In this document: positions 51,701 to 62,258 of the stretch, one piece after another | Numbering within the stretch: the first letter of the stretch is position 1 | Layout of the letters: the number at the start of each line of letters is the position of its first letter | NCBI GenBank assembly: GCA_047285535.1 | Contig: JBJBDC010000001.1 | Location: 256,136-320,135 of the forward strand | DNA length: 64,000 bases | Direction: 5' to 3' | From: Synechococcus sp. | GTDB taxonomy: Bacteria; Cyanobacteriota; Cyanobacteriia; PCC-6307; Cyanobiaceae | The notes under the pieces: generated by a model | What the model was told of the DNA's origin: nothing | The model's input: the letters and a program-made list of their open reading frames with translations, nothing else | Database searches by the model: none | Made by a program: the position numbers and the translations under genes

Positions 51701-53569
51701 CTAGGGCACATTGATGGTTAATTGTGGCAACACAAGATCGTTGGGATTTTTTGGCATTGGCAAGAGTTCGCGTAGCATGCGTGCATAGCTGAGATTCACA
51801 TCCACAGTCGCGAATAGCCTTCTCACCAAAGAGTTAACAAGCTGTTCCTGTGTGATTGATAGGCTTATTTCATCCGCAAGGCCTGTTTGATAGCGCAGTT
51901 GGGTGTCTCTGAAGGCTTCTTTGCTTGCCCCAACTGCTCGCCTCGCTGAAACCAACTTTGCCAAGTTGGCCTCGTGGTTCAAAAAGGCTCGCTCCAGTCG
52001 TAAACGGATAGCGTTTCTGGTATTCGCATAGCGCTGGGCTGTTGCTTGTTCTTGCAATTGAAGGGATTTCACTCTGTTTGATGTCCCTCCCGCGTCAAAG
52101 ATCATCCAGTTGAAGGCAAGTCCCACCGACCATTCATAACCACTGACTTGCTCGAGGGGGAGAAATGAAGCCCCACAACATCCATCGCCAATGAGAGAAA
52201 TATCGAAGGTTCGTTCCACGGACCCCAAGCCACCCGCCGCTGCAAACAGGCTCAGCCGCGGCAGAAGTTGAGCCGCAGCTTCGTCTTGCCGAAGCATCAG
52301 CGCCCTTTGAGTGGAGAGAATTGCAGTGAGCTCTGGGTTGTTGTCATAAGCCGCCAAGACAGTTTTTTCTAGGTTGAGCGGCCATCTCGGCTGAAGGCTG
52401 ATTGGGTCACTTGCACTGGGGATTACATCACTTGCAAGATTGAGGACAGTCCAAAGTTCTCGGCGTGCTACGGCTCGGTCGGCCATTGCTTGGATCAAGA
52501 TTTCTTCATCGGCTGCAACGATGCTGCTGCGTCTGAGTAGATCAACGCGGGGCACAAGCCCAGCCTGCTTGAGGGCAAGAGTGTCTTCCAGAATGACAAG
52601 ATCTGTGCGGACGATTGCATCGCGGATACGCACGAGTTGCTCAGCACGCTGGAGCTTGTAATACGCTTCGCTGACTTCAAGTTGAAGAGCTCTTAATTTG
52701 TCTGCATATATATTTTCTTGATGCTCTAATTGCGCCTTTGCTGCTTGTACCCTTGGTGTTCGAGCAAAGTCGATAATGTTGTAGTCAATCTGAAGTCCTG
52801 CTTTGGCAGACACACCATTGACAACGTCTCTAATTCCTCCTCCTTGTGGTATGTAAAAAGGACCATCGCTTGAACCATCTAGTTTTTTTCCGTCGTTAGT
52901 GAGAGCAAAGTTAGGAACTTGTCCTTTTTGATTAAACGCAGGCCCAAAGTCATAGGTGTTGTTGCCATAGGGGTTGTACGTGGTTGTTCCACTTTGAAAT
53001 CCATCGACATTGGCAAAGACGCTGATCGTGGGCCAATAGCGACTGGATTCGGATGCGATTGTGGCTGCCTGGGCCTCGATCAGATTTCTCTGGGCTTCCA
53101 GGGAGGGGTTGTTGCTGAAAGCAATGGTGACTGCTTCTCCTAGTGATAGCGACAGAATGCGAGCTGGATCATCGGTTGAAGAAGGAAGACGAAGAGGAGC
53201 GTTTGGTTGAGCGTCTTGATCTGTTAAGCGTCCAGAAGGGGGGGCATTGGTGTCGATGAATAGATTTGGAATCTCAAGGGTTCTTAAATCATCACTGCTC
53301 TCAATGGCTGGGGCTGGACCAGTCAAGGTGTCAATGGAATCAAGTTGTTTGTCAAGGCGATTCCAGCTTCTCTCCAATTGCTCGGTTGTGCCGCCTACCT
53401 CCAGGGGTGTTGCCTTGATCTGTGCGTTGGCTGCTGCAAGGCTGGAAAGGAACAATCCAATGATGGATAAACATGGAGTGAGGGCGAGATCACAGGAGGA
53501 AAAATTCAGCACGTGCTTTTGGGATGACTTGTGGGCGACTCCTGCCCGTATGTATGCATTCCTTGTCAC
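51701..53569 (-). CDS. TolC-family outer membrane efflux protein
   Basis: LSLGEAVTIAFSNNPSL, VSEAYYKLQ, LAAYDNNPEL, RYQTGL; true start probably downstream. Confidence 0.9.
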   Translation of the reverse strand: MTRNAYIRAGVAHKSSQKHVLNFSSCDLALTPCLSIIGLFLSSLAAANAQIKATPLEVGGTTEQLERSWNRLDKQLDSIDTLTGPAPAIESSDDLRTLEIPNLFIDTNAPPSGRLTDQDAQPNAPLRLPSSTDDPARILSLSLGEAVTIAFSNNPSLEAQRNLIEAQAATIASESSRYWPTISVFANVDGFQSGTTTYNPYGNNTYDFGPAFNQKGQVPNFALTNDGKKLDGSSDGPFYIPQGGGIRDVVNGVSAKAGLQIDYNIIDFARTPRVQAAKAQLEHQENIYADKLRALQLEVSEAYYKLQRAEQLVRIRDAIVRTDLVILEDTLALKQAGLVPRVDLLRRSSIVAADEEILIQAMADRAVARRELWTVLNLASDVIPSASDPISLQPRWPLNLEKTVLAAYDNNPELTAILSTQRALMLRQDEAAAQLLPRLSLFAAAGGLGSVERTFDISLIGDGCCGASFLPLEQVSGYEWSVGLAFNWMIFDAGGTSNRVKSLQLQEQATAQRYANTRNAIRLRLERAFLNHEANLAKLVSARRAVGASKEAFRDTQLRYQTGLADEISLSITQEQLVNSLVRRLFATVDVNLSYARMLRELLPMPKNPNDLVLPQLTINVP

Positions 53570-53860
53570 CAGAAAAAGGAGACCAGTTCAGGAACAAGTC
53601 GAGTTTGATTTCCAGTCTTTTTAGAGCTAGGTGGTGACATGTCTGTGTTGTTCGTCTGAATCGATGATGCAATGACTAAGTCCGAGTTAATTTAAGCCAT
53701 ATTGACTCTTGAGTCGCAGGAGAGCCCAGAACATCTTTTTAGGCTTAGAGCGATCTGTATGGCAGGAATTGAGCTGATTGTTGGACTCCAGGCAAGAAAT
53801 TTATCCATTCTTGGAATTAATTATGTCTTCCTTCAAGAATATTGATTATGAAAAGAAAGA

Positions 53861-54976
53861 TTATGATTGTTTGTTTGAGGCGGAAGCTATGGTCGCTTCG
53901 GTGATAGCAGAGCGTATGTAATCAATCAATGAGATTCTAAGCGTGATGTGTTTCAGCTGTTGTTTGTTGAAGTCTCTGTCGAAAGTAGAAAGAGTTTCTC
54001 CAAGTGCATGATCCAGCCATTGATTGGAAGCAGATGATAGACGATTAATCTCTTCTATTTTGTTCGGATCGAGTTTTTGGCGGACGATGGTCTGTCTTTT
54101 TTTCAATTCGCTTGAAATTCTTAAGATTTGAGTGCTCATCGTGTCGATTAGCCTTGCTTCTTCGTGATGCAATTGTTTGATAATCTCTGATTTATTTGAT
54201 GGTATTGGTAAGCTTCTTAAGGCATCAAGAGAGGTGATTATTTGTGACGCCAGAAGGTCAATTTTGCTCCAAATTAGATGTAGTGGATGTTGTTCTGGAT
54301 TGACTCCCAGCTCGGTTTGTGCAAGAACCTGTTGCTGTCTTGCTGCGTTGAGTTGTCGTACGAGTGCAATGCGCTTTGCTTGTTTGTTGCTGTGATTGTT
54401 TGAGGATGGATTATTGTGTCTGAGGATATTGCCTTCATGGTGTAGCTCTGCTCCGATTGCATCTAGTAATGATGCATATTGTTGGTGTAATTGAGGAACG
54501 GTTCGGCTGGGCCACATCCATTTGCAGGCCAAGAGTGAAATGACAATTCCAAGAGATGTCCAGTAAAGGCGAATTGGTCCCCAAATGATCTCTACGTCTT
54601 CATGAGCAAGCCATCCCATAACGATGATAGTCCCAGCAACTTTGTACCCCACTTGCAGTCCAAGAATTCCTCCCAAAAGTCTTGTTGAGGCTAAAGCTAA
54701 TCCGAGTCCTAATGGGAGAGGGAGATGCAGACTTTTGTTCACTATGATCAAGATAATGACGCCCATCAGCGACCCCATCAGCCTCTCGATGCCCAGCTTC
54801 ATGGAATTGCCGTAGCTACTCGATAGAACAGCTGCTGTTGTTAGGGGCAAATAAAACCCGTATGGAATTGAGCTAAGTAGACCGAATCCAGCACTCAATC
54901 CGGTGACAAGCAGAAGTCGTAATTCTTGTCTGGTAAACCAAGGATTACTAAGGGAATGAAAGCTTCGTTTTATCAT
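53861..54976 (-). CDS. FUSC / aromatic acid exporter family membrane protein
   Basis: N-terminal TMs with ERLMGSLMG, soluble helical C-terminus. Confidence 0.75.
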   Translation of the reverse strand: MIKRSFHSLSNPWFTRQELRLLLVTGLSAGFGLLSSIPYGFYLPLTTAAVLSSSYGNSMKLGIERLMGSLMGVIILIIVNKSLHLPLPLGLGLALASTRLLGGILGLQVGYKVAGTIIVMGWLAHEDVEIIWGPIRLYWTSLGIVISLLACKWMWPSRTVPQLHQQYASLLDAIGAELHHEGNILRHNNPSSNNHSNKQAKRIALVRQLNAARQQQVLAQTELGVNPEQHPLHLIWSKIDLLASQIITSLDALRSLPIPSNKSEIIKQLHHEEARLIDTMSTQILRISSELKKRQTIVRQKLDPNKIEEINRLSSASNQWLDHALGETLSTFDRDFNKQQLKHITLRISLIDYIRSAITEATIASASNKQS

Positions 54977-55938
54977 TCAAATGAGTTATGTTTCACGGCG
55001 AAATCAAGCGTTTTCTGGCTATTAATCAGTCGAAGAAGTCGAGTCCCTTCTTCCTCTAAAAGAATGCGCTGGGAGAGGCTAAGTGGACTGTCTGATTCTA
55101 TTTGTAATCGCTTCCACCCGATCTCATTGCTATTGTTTAAATGATGAGCAAGCTCAGGTAATTTCAAAGGCTTATATTTTATGGATAGAGTATCAAGAAG
55201 CCTTTCCATTAATATCCAGTTCGCATGAAGGCTGCGCCATAGGCTCATTCGTTGTTGCCAGCGAAGCCGAGTCAGTTGTTTAATGTGTTTCGAGCCAAGC
55301 TGTTCTTCAATGTTAATGAGGCGTTGGATCTCTAACAGATCTTTTGTGATCGAGCCGGGCTGTAAGGGTGGTGGTGAAGGCGTCAATCCTTGGAGCGACT
55401 GGCTATGTTTTTGCATGCGTGTGGTGAGGTGATTGAGTAATTTTTGATGAAGCGCTTCCATTCGCATGAGTCGATTTTTGGGCCAAAATAAGCGCCCGAT
55501 TACAATGGCTACAACGATTCCAACTAGGGTATCAATGCTTCTATTGAAGATATAGTACCAGTTTAAATTTGAATAGCCATGTACGCCTAAAAAGATCACC
55601 GTAATCACAACGGCTGTCGATAAGCCGCTGCCCCATCCCAGGCGGCGAAGTAAAGGAATCGTAATGAAGAGACTGACAAAAATGCCAATCCAGCCTGAAA
55701 GCATTGTGTGGACTAAAAAAACAACAAAGCCGCCAGTTACTGTTCCTAGAATTCTTCCTCGAGCAGCTTGAAGGCTATTTTCGTCTTGATCGTCGACTAC
55801 TAAAATGACTGCTAAGAGTGGATAAAAAACAAATCTAATGCGATCAAAATGTTCGGCAATCGCGCATGTGATTAAAATACTGATGCCAAGTCTTAGACTT
55901 TGTCTTACAAGATTGCTGTCTATCCTGGTAATGATCAT
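54973..55938 (-). CDS. FUSC / aromatic acid exporter family membrane protein
   Basis: SLQAARGRILGTVTG, NRSIDTLVG, LFWP. Confidence 0.8.
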   Translation of the reverse strand: MIITRIDSNLVRQSLRLGISILITCAIAEHFDRIRFVFYPLLAVILVVDDQDENSLQAARGRILGTVTGGFVVFLVHTMLSGWIGIFVSLFITIPLLRRLGWGSGLSTAVVITVIFLGVHGYSNLNWYYIFNRSIDTLVGIVVAIVIGRLFWPKNRLMRMEALHQKLLNHLTTRMQKHSQSLQGLTPSPPPLQPGSITKDLLEIQRLINIEEQLGSKHIKQLTRLRWQQRMSLWRSLHANWILMERLLDTLSIKYKPLKLPELAHHLNNSNEIGWKRLQIESDSPLSLSQRILLEEEGTRLLRLINSQKTLDFAVKHNSFE

Positions 55939-55949
55939 TCTAAAGGTGA

Positions 55950-56858
55950 TCAGAACTGCAATTTGAAGCGTCCACGGCTGGATTCACTTGCACTGATTCC
56001 TCGCGATGAATCTGTGGCAGGCCATTGTGTATCGAGGTAACTAATACCCTTTTGGTAAAAGGGGCGCGCAGGTAGTCGGCTTGCTTGCAATTCCGTTGTG
56101 CCCATAGCGGTGATCAATCCACCCAGTTCCAACGGTCCCAGATCTGTCTCAAGACTGCGTCCGGCTGCCGTGATCAGGGCTGGCAGACGCACAAGATTTT
56201 GGGGTTGAATGAGTTTATTGAAGAGGCTTCTCAGCACAAGTTGCTGGCGGTCTAAGCGTCCAAAATCCCCTTCTCCATCATGACGCCAACGCAGAAATCC
56301 TTCGAGGTCACGACCTTTGAGGACCTGGGGACCAGGCTGAAGGTCGATGAACAAGCCTTGGCTTTTGTCTTGGTAGTAGAGCCGCTTTGGGACATCAATT
56401 TCAAGGCCTCCGAGCAAATCACTAATGGTACGGATTCCTTTTAAGTCAACAAGGATGTGATGACTGACTGGACGGCCCATGAGGCGTGTTAGCTCCGTTT
56501 TTACCGCCTCAGGTCCACCTCTTGCGTGCAGTGCATTGGCCTTCGTCGGGCCAAAGCTGCGTGAATCGATATAACTATCTCTTGGAATTTGAATAATGGA
56601 GGTTTGTCCATTTTCAACGCTTAGGATGAAAATTGTGTCTGTGTTCCCACCCCCTGCATCCATTCCAAGAACGACGATATTCTTGTCGCCCAAGCTTGAC
56701 CAACTTGCAAAGGGATTACTGATCGAGGCGAGAATTGGTGCCTCGTTTGAAGGAATTAAGGATCGACTAAGAGGAATTGAAAGCATGAATCCACCAAGGA
56801 GGCCAACTGCTGCCGCTGTGAGCAGGGATTTTTTCCTAGGACTTTTCATTCCGCTCAT
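55950..56858 (-). CDS. LCP family protein (second paralogue)
   Basis: VVLGMD, NTDTIF, QIPRDSY, FLRWRHDGEGDFGRLDRQQ. Confidence 0.93.
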   Translation of the reverse strand: MSGMKSPRKKSLLTAAAVGLLGGFMLSIPLSRSLIPSNEAPILASISNPFASWSSLGDKNIVVLGMDAGGGNTDTIFILSVENGQTSIIQIPRDSYIDSRSFGPTKANALHARGGPEAVKTELTRLMGRPVSHHILVDLKGIRTISDLLGGLEIDVPKRLYYQDKSQGLFIDLQPGPQVLKGRDLEGFLRWRHDGEGDFGRLDRQQLVLRSLFNKLIQPQNLVRLPALITAAGRSLETDLGPLELGGLITAMGTTELQASRLPARPFYQKGISYLDTQWPATDSSRGISASESSRGRFKLQF

Positions 56859-56930
56859 AACCTCATCTTAAGTCTTATCCCGCGTGCTTTTACAAATGTC
56901 TACGTCACGTCACGTCACTGTTGATACTGA

Positions 56931-59021
56931 TTAGTGGAGTGGGTCGCTGATCATCAAAGCTGGACAGGACAAATGATGTACCAAATTGCTGGTTCGGTCA
57001 CTTGCTGGAATAGGTAGTCCAGCAACCCTTCTCCTCTGAGAACGCAAAATCACGAGATTTTGATCTTTGCTGAACAAGTGAATTTTAGAATCGATACCTG
57101 GACCTTGAAGCAGTTTGATTTGTATTTGATCTCTGGGGATGTCGCGTGGGCACCAACTGATCAGTTGTTGTTCCATCCACGAGCGTTCGTGGCGATTGAA
57201 GCGTGGATCATGAATGTGGAGAAGAGTGATGGTAGTGGATCTTGGGTCTAATTCAGTGGCAAGTAGCCGCAGGGCGAGCTCAAACTGTTCACGTGCACTT
57301 GCAGAGAGATCTTTGATAGGCACCAGAATTTGTTTGAGGTGATCAAGTTCGCATCTTCGAAGATTTGCCACCACAACAGGGCAATGAGCGGTTCGGCAGA
57401 CCCCGTCGACCAGATCGCCGAGTAACCAGTTTCGGAGACGGTCAGGGCGGCCTGCTCCAATCAGAAGCAGATCGGCTCCCTCCTCTAGGGCGCTTCGGCT
57501 CATCCCTGCAGCGATGTCATCATCCAATCGCAGCAGACAACGGGTCGTACTAGCGAGCTGTTTCCCATAGGTTGCGGCTTCGTTCAGTCTGGATCTTGCG
57601 GCTGCAATTGCACGATTCAAGCCTCCGCGCGCTTCTTCAAGGCTTGGGCTCACCAGAGCAAGGGGAAGTAGCTGTCCGCCGTAATCGGCTCCTCCATGGG
57701 AAAGCCGTGCGGCCAAGCTCAACAAGCTCAGTTCTGTCTCTGGGTTGGCAATGGGCACCACAACTTTTAAAGGACGGCGTACTACCTCTGCAGGGTTGTC
57801 ATGTCCTAATTGGAGCCGTGGCACTCGATCGGAGGAGCTTTCATTCGGCTCCATCAGGGCTACAACCGAGCGTGTCGTGAGGGTTGGACCCAGCGTTGCG
57901 GTCACGACCATCACGACCAGCACGCTATTGAGAACAGTACTGTCTAGTAATCCAGCTTGAAAGCCGATGAAAGCGGTGGCAAGCGTTGCGGCAACTTTTG
58001 GCATCGCAAGCGACCACATCAGCACAATTTGATTTGAGCTGTAGCCGAACCAGCGTCCAGCCATTAGGGCAGCTAGTGCTTTACAACCCAAGGCTCCAGT
58101 GAGCATCAGCGCTGTGAATTCAATGTTGCTGATGCTGTCGGCGATGCTGCGAAGATCGATAAGCAGCCCTAAATGAATAAAAAAGATGGGGATAAATAGG
58201 GCTCCGCCAACAAAGATCACTTGCTCTTTGACCTTCCCTTCTGGAAGGACGGAATTCACCGCCAGACCAGCCAGAAAAGCTCCAACGATTTTTTCTACCC
58301 CTGCGAGCTCTGCGCCGAGAGAGGCCACAAACAATGTGAGCAGAACTGCCAGAAAGACACGGTTTTCATCGATCACGTTGCGCATCCAAAGATGCTTGCC
58401 AATCACCCGGATTCCCCAGACGACTAAAAAAGCAAACACGCCGATACTGATGAGTAGCCCCGTGAAGCTGCTTGTTGTGAGGTTTTGTTTTCCCAGTCCC
58501 AGGGCGACCGCTAGCAGAAGCAGCGCTGCAATGTCGGTTAAAATTGTGCTTCCCACGCTTACGATCACGGATTCGTCACGCTGCGCTCCGTAACTTCGAA
58601 CGATCGGATAGCCAAGTGGTGTATGTGTCGCCATCAGGGCCCCGAGTAAGAGGCTTGGGACTAGAGGAAAACCAAAGATGGTGCCTATGCCGATACCTGT
58701 GCCCACTCCGAGAACAAAAATCAGGACCCCAAAGGTCACTGAGCGTCCTTTGACCCTGTTGAACTCCTCAAGGTCTATTTCCAAGCCGACTGTGAACAAT
58801 AGATAAATGGCACCAATATCAGAGAGAAGAGTGATTGTTTCTCCCTTGGCATCGATCCAATGCAAAATATGGGGACCGACAAGTACACCCGCCGCTAGAA
58901 GTCCCACGAGATCAGGAAGCCTTAAACGTCTTGTTAAAGGTGGAATCAAGACGCTGATCGCAACAAGCTGAGCAAATATGCCCAGTGGGTGATGCATCAG
59001 GTGGGATAGCGAAGCAGCCAT
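56931..59021 (-). CDS. Cation:proton antiporter (CPA2) with C-terminal USP-like domains
   Basis: Many TMs, GLEIDL, GAFLAGL, C-terminal VVVPIANP and LLGDLVDGVCRTAHCPV. Confidence 0.9.
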   Translation of the reverse strand: MAASLSHLMHHPLGIFAQLVAISVLIPPLTRRLRLPDLVGLLAAGVLVGPHILHWIDAKGETITLLSDIGAIYLLFTVGLEIDLEEFNRVKGRSVTFGVLIFVLGVGTGIGIGTIFGFPLVPSLLLGALMATHTPLGYPIVRSYGAQRDESVIVSVGSTILTDIAALLLLAVALGLGKQNLTTSSFTGLLISIGVFAFLVVWGIRVIGKHLWMRNVIDENRVFLAVLLTLFVASLGAELAGVEKIVGAFLAGLAVNSVLPEGKVKEQVIFVGGALFIPIFFIHLGLLIDLRSIADSISNIEFTALMLTGALGCKALAALMAGRWFGYSSNQIVLMWSLAMPKVAATLATAFIGFQAGLLDSTVLNSVLVVMVVTATLGPTLTTRSVVALMEPNESSSDRVPRLQLGHDNPAEVVRRPLKVVVPIANPETELSLLSLAARLSHGGADYGGQLLPLALVSPSLEEARGGLNRAIAAARSRLNEAATYGKQLASTTRCLLRLDDDIAAGMSRSALEEGADLLLIGAGRPDRLRNWLLGDLVDGVCRTAHCPVVVANLRRCELDHLKQILVPIKDLSASAREQFELALRLLATELDPRSTTITLLHIHDPRFNRHERSWMEQQLISWCPRDIPRDQIQIKLLQGPGIDSKIHLFSKDQNLVILRSQRRRVAGLPIPASDRTSNLVHHLSCPALMISDPLH

Positions 59022-59051
59022 CTAGGAAGTCCTGAATTCAATGGTTTTGGA

Positions 59052-60872
59052 TCAATGGCTGAGCGGTTCATCACTGCGAAAGCCAGCTTGAACGCGCCAG
59101 AGGTCAGCGTAGGCGCCTGGTCTGTGTAGAAGTTGATCGTGTGTACCGTGTTCGACAATGTGACCAGCATCCATCACAATGATCTGATCAGCATGTCGCA
59201 CTGTGCTCAGTCGATGCGCAATTACCAGTGTGGTTCGATTGGACGTGATCCGCATCAGTGAACGCTGAATCGCAGCTTCTGTTTCATTGTCTACAGCGGC
59301 TGTGGCTTCATCAAGAATGAGAACTGGCACATTTTTCAAAATGGCTCGCGCCAAGGCAATGCGTTGTCGTTGACCGCCGGAAAGCCGTTGCCCCCTTTCT
59401 CCCACCAGGGTGTCAAATCCTTGAGGGAGAGCTTGGATGAAATTGAAGGCTTCTGCTTGCTCAGCTGCCCAAAGTACTGACGTTTTAGATGCGTTCTGAG
59501 AGCCGTAGCTGATGTTTTCGGCGACGCTTCCATGGAAGAGATAAACGTCTTGACTGACGAGAGCAATGCAGCGGCGAAGATCTTGAAGCTGAAGGGACTC
59601 AATCGGGTGACCGTCAAGAAGGATCGTTCCGCTGTCAAGCGGGTACAACCTCAGCAATAGTTTAACCAATGAACTTTTACCTGAACCTGTAGCACCAACG
59701 ATCCCAATCGTTTGTCCGGCGGAAATCGTCAGATTGAAGTTGTTGAGAAGCGGGTTACGATCCTTGTAAGAAAAGCAAACCCGTTCATAACGAATGTCTC
59801 CCCTGACATTGATTGGGTTGAGGCGGATGCTGCCACTATCGATCTGAATTGGGGTGTCAATGAGATCAAGAACTCGCTGAGTGGAAGCCATCGAGCGTTG
59901 ATAATCATCCAAGGTTCTCCCCAACGTCGTTAGAGGCCAGAGCAGTCTCTGGGTGATGAAGACTAAAAAACTGTAAGTACCCACTGCAATGACTCCTCTC
60001 CATGCTTGCATCCCGCCGATAAGAAGTATCGCTAGGAAAGCAAATAAGATTGCAAACCGAATGAGGGGTATGAACGCAGCAGAGATACGAATTGCCTGGC
60101 GATTGCACTGTCTGTATGCATTACTAGCTGTGCGAAGTTGCTCCAGCTCCCATGCTTCAGTCGCAAAGCTTTTGATTGTGAGTATCCCACCGAGATTATT
60201 GGAGAGTCGAGAGACTAGATCTCCTGCTTTTTGTCGTACATCGCGATATTTAGGGGCCAACCTTTTCTGAAAATGGAGTGAACCGAAAAGGATGATAGGG
60301 ATCGGTAAAAATGCGAATACTGCTACGGATGGATCTAAAACAGCCATGGCACTACCTACAAGTAGAACCGTCGTGATTAATTGCAGAATTTCGTTGGCGC
60401 CACGATCAAGAAAGCGCTCGAGTTGATTGATGTCATCACTAAGAACAGAGAGCAAGCGGCCACTGCTGTCTCTTTCAAAGAAATCCATCTCAAGCTTCTG
60501 GAGATGGTCATAGGCTTCCAGTCTCAGGCTGTGTTGCGTCGACTGGGCAAGATTTCTCCAAAGCACCCCATAGAGATATTCAAATAGAGACTCTGCTGTC
60601 CAAACCAAGAAGGACAGAACAGAGAGCACAATGAGTTGACTCGGCACAGTGGTGGCACCAAATCTTGCAAGCCAGGACGAATCCTGCTGGACAACAACAT
60701 CAACGGCCAGACCAATGAGTACAGGAGGAAGAAGATCAAAAACCTTATTGACGATTGAACAGCTGGCCGCCATCCATACCCGTTGTCTGTAGGGCTTCAG
60801 ATGGCTCAGCAACCTTGGTAAGGCAGGCTTGATGCGTCCAGGCAAAATCTGATCGGACATCATCAATAGCAA
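59052..60872 (-). CDS. ABC transporter, fused permease/ATP-binding exporter
   Basis: TMD plus GATGSGKS, LSGGQRQR, ILDEATA; no C39 peptidase domain. Confidence 0.93.
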   Translation of the reverse strand: MLLMMSDQILPGRIKPALPRLLSHLKPYRQRVWMAASCSIVNKVFDLLPPVLIGLAVDVVVQQDSSWLARFGATTVPSQLIVLSVLSFLVWTAESLFEYLYGVLWRNLAQSTQHSLRLEAYDHLQKLEMDFFERDSSGRLLSVLSDDINQLERFLDRGANEILQLITTVLLVGSAMAVLDPSVAVFAFLPIPIILFGSLHFQKRLAPKYRDVRQKAGDLVSRLSNNLGGILTIKSFATEAWELEQLRTASNAYRQCNRQAIRISAAFIPLIRFAILFAFLAILLIGGMQAWRGVIAVGTYSFLVFITQRLLWPLTTLGRTLDDYQRSMASTQRVLDLIDTPIQIDSGSIRLNPINVRGDIRYERVCFSYKDRNPLLNNFNLTISAGQTIGIVGATGSGKSSLVKLLLRLYPLDSGTILLDGHPIESLQLQDLRRCIALVSQDVYLFHGSVAENISYGSQNASKTSVLWAAEQAEAFNFIQALPQGFDTLVGERGQRLSGGQRQRIALARAILKNVPVLILDEATAAVDNETEAAIQRSLMRITSNRTTLVIAHRLSTVRHADQIIVMDAGHIVEHGTHDQLLHRPGAYADLWRVQAGFRSDEPLSH

Positions 60873-61187
60873 GACACTCTATTCAAGCGGTCTGTGGCCC
60901 AAAGTCCTCAGGAATTCGGAAACGATTTAGACCTGAACCTGAGGTCTAGACGGTGATCAGTCGCGATCGAGTTTTCAATCATGGGTCTCCATGACTTCTT
61001 CCTTAAATTCCACAATTCTTAAGTGTGGATGATGAACACTAGGAGGCAAAAACTGATGATTCTTGCCATTGATAAGAATAAAAAATGATCGAAGTCAATC
61101 TTTGAAAATGTCAGCTGCAGGCCAGATCTGTACATTGAAATGGGCGTGGAGGAGTCAACCCACGTGAGTTGGCTCCCCCTTGTGGGT

Positions 61188-61523
61188 TCACCAGCGATTG
61201 CCGCCGCCGTAGCCGCCGCCGCCGTTGCCGCCGCCGCCGCCGTAACCACCGCGGCCACCACCACCTCCTCCTCCAGAGCGCTCCCGCGGGGTCGCTTTAT
61301 TCACACGGATCATGCGACCCATCCACTCCACGTTCTGGAGGTCGTCAATGGCTTTTTGCTCATCTTCGTCCGAAGCCATTTCCACGAAGCCAAAGCCACG
61401 CTTGCGGCCAGTTTCGCGATCGAGAGGAAGACTTGCACTCTTAACCTCCCCGTATTGACTGAAAAGATCAAGAAGATCTTCTTGTTCTGCCTGAAAAGAC
61501 AGATTGCCGATGTAGATGGTCAT
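61188..61523 (-). CDS. RRM RNA-binding protein with Gly-rich tail (Rbp family)
   Basis: RNP2 IYIGNL, RNP1 RGFGFVEM. Confidence 0.95.
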   Translation of the reverse strand: MTIYIGNLSFQAEQEDLLDLFSQYGEVKSASLPLDRETGRKRGFGFVEMASDEDEQKAIDDLQNVEWMGRMIRVNKATPRERSGGGGGGGRGGYGGGGGNGGGGYGGGNRW

Positions 61524-61726
61524 TTCCTGAGGGGACCGTTGGACATTTGATCAGTGAAGTTGTGGTCCGAAAAGGGAAGTCCTTGATGCTGAAGCTGGAG
61601 AGCTGAAGCTTGGGGGAGCGAGCCGATCAGAGCCGAACATGAAGCTGATGCATCACCACGCTACAGGTTGGGGTGAAACAACATCTCTACAACCGAAAGG
61701 AAATTGGAAAAGTTTCCATTTCTTCA

Positions 61727-61769
61727 GAGGTTCTTTACCAGACAGGAGGTTCTTTACCAGACAGGAGGT
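61727..61769. repeat. 19-bp tandem duplication GAGGTTCTTTACCAGACAG x2 plus a partial copy
   Basis: Direct sequence read. Confidence 0.85.
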
Positions 61770-61970
61770 CCTGACCTGGAGGAGCGATGTATGTTTCCAT
61801 TTTGCTTTGTCTTGGTTGAAAGGCGGATTGAAAGCTTGATCTTTTTAAGCATTAGGGTGTTTTTCAACCGTTGATCGAACAAGCTTTGCCAGAGATACAG
61901 CTTCGGAGAATCAAGTCAGGGGAGGCCATCAGTGTGCTCCAGAGACGTTGGCTTGGAAGGTTTGTTGAAC

Positions 61971-62255
61971 TTAAAGGAGAGGGCCATATGCATCCGCCGC
62001 AAGCTTTGTACAGGTTTTTTGGGCATGTTGAATAAAGGCAATGCCCTTCATTTCTTTCACGAAGCAAGAACAGGTGAATTCACCCATCCCTTCTGGGGGA
62101 GTTTTTCCAGCCTGGGACATCGCGGCATTGAAGCCTGCCATGCATAGTTTTTTGATTTCTTCCCGATCATCTGAAGCTTCTGCCGGTAAACGAGTGATTG
62201 CAATCAGCATGGGAGTGATGAAAAGGCTGATCGCGATGCGAAGAGAATGTTTCAA
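61971..62255 (-). CDS. Small secreted hypothetical protein with four Cys
   Basis: Signal-like N-terminus, LCMAGFNAAM...GEFTCSCF...CT. Confidence 0.65.
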   Translation of the reverse strand: MKHSLRIAISLFITPMLIAITRLPAEASDDREEIKKLCMAGFNAAMSQAGKTPPEGMGEFTCSCFVKEMKGIAFIQHAQKTCTKLAADAYGPLL

Positions 62256-62258
62256 AGA

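Noticed and set aside
56902..56918. (ACGTC)3 short repeat
   Set aside because: Too short to distinguish from chance or trivial slippage
59052..60872. ABC exporter as the peptidase transporter for the GG peptide
   Set aside because: No N-terminal C39 domain or catalytic Cys motif; about 600 aa, a generic exporter
61190..61275. GCC/CCA-rich repeat and poly-Ala ORFs (61019..61264, 61140..61550)
   Set aside because: This is the Gly-rich tail of the RRM protein read in other frames or on the other strand
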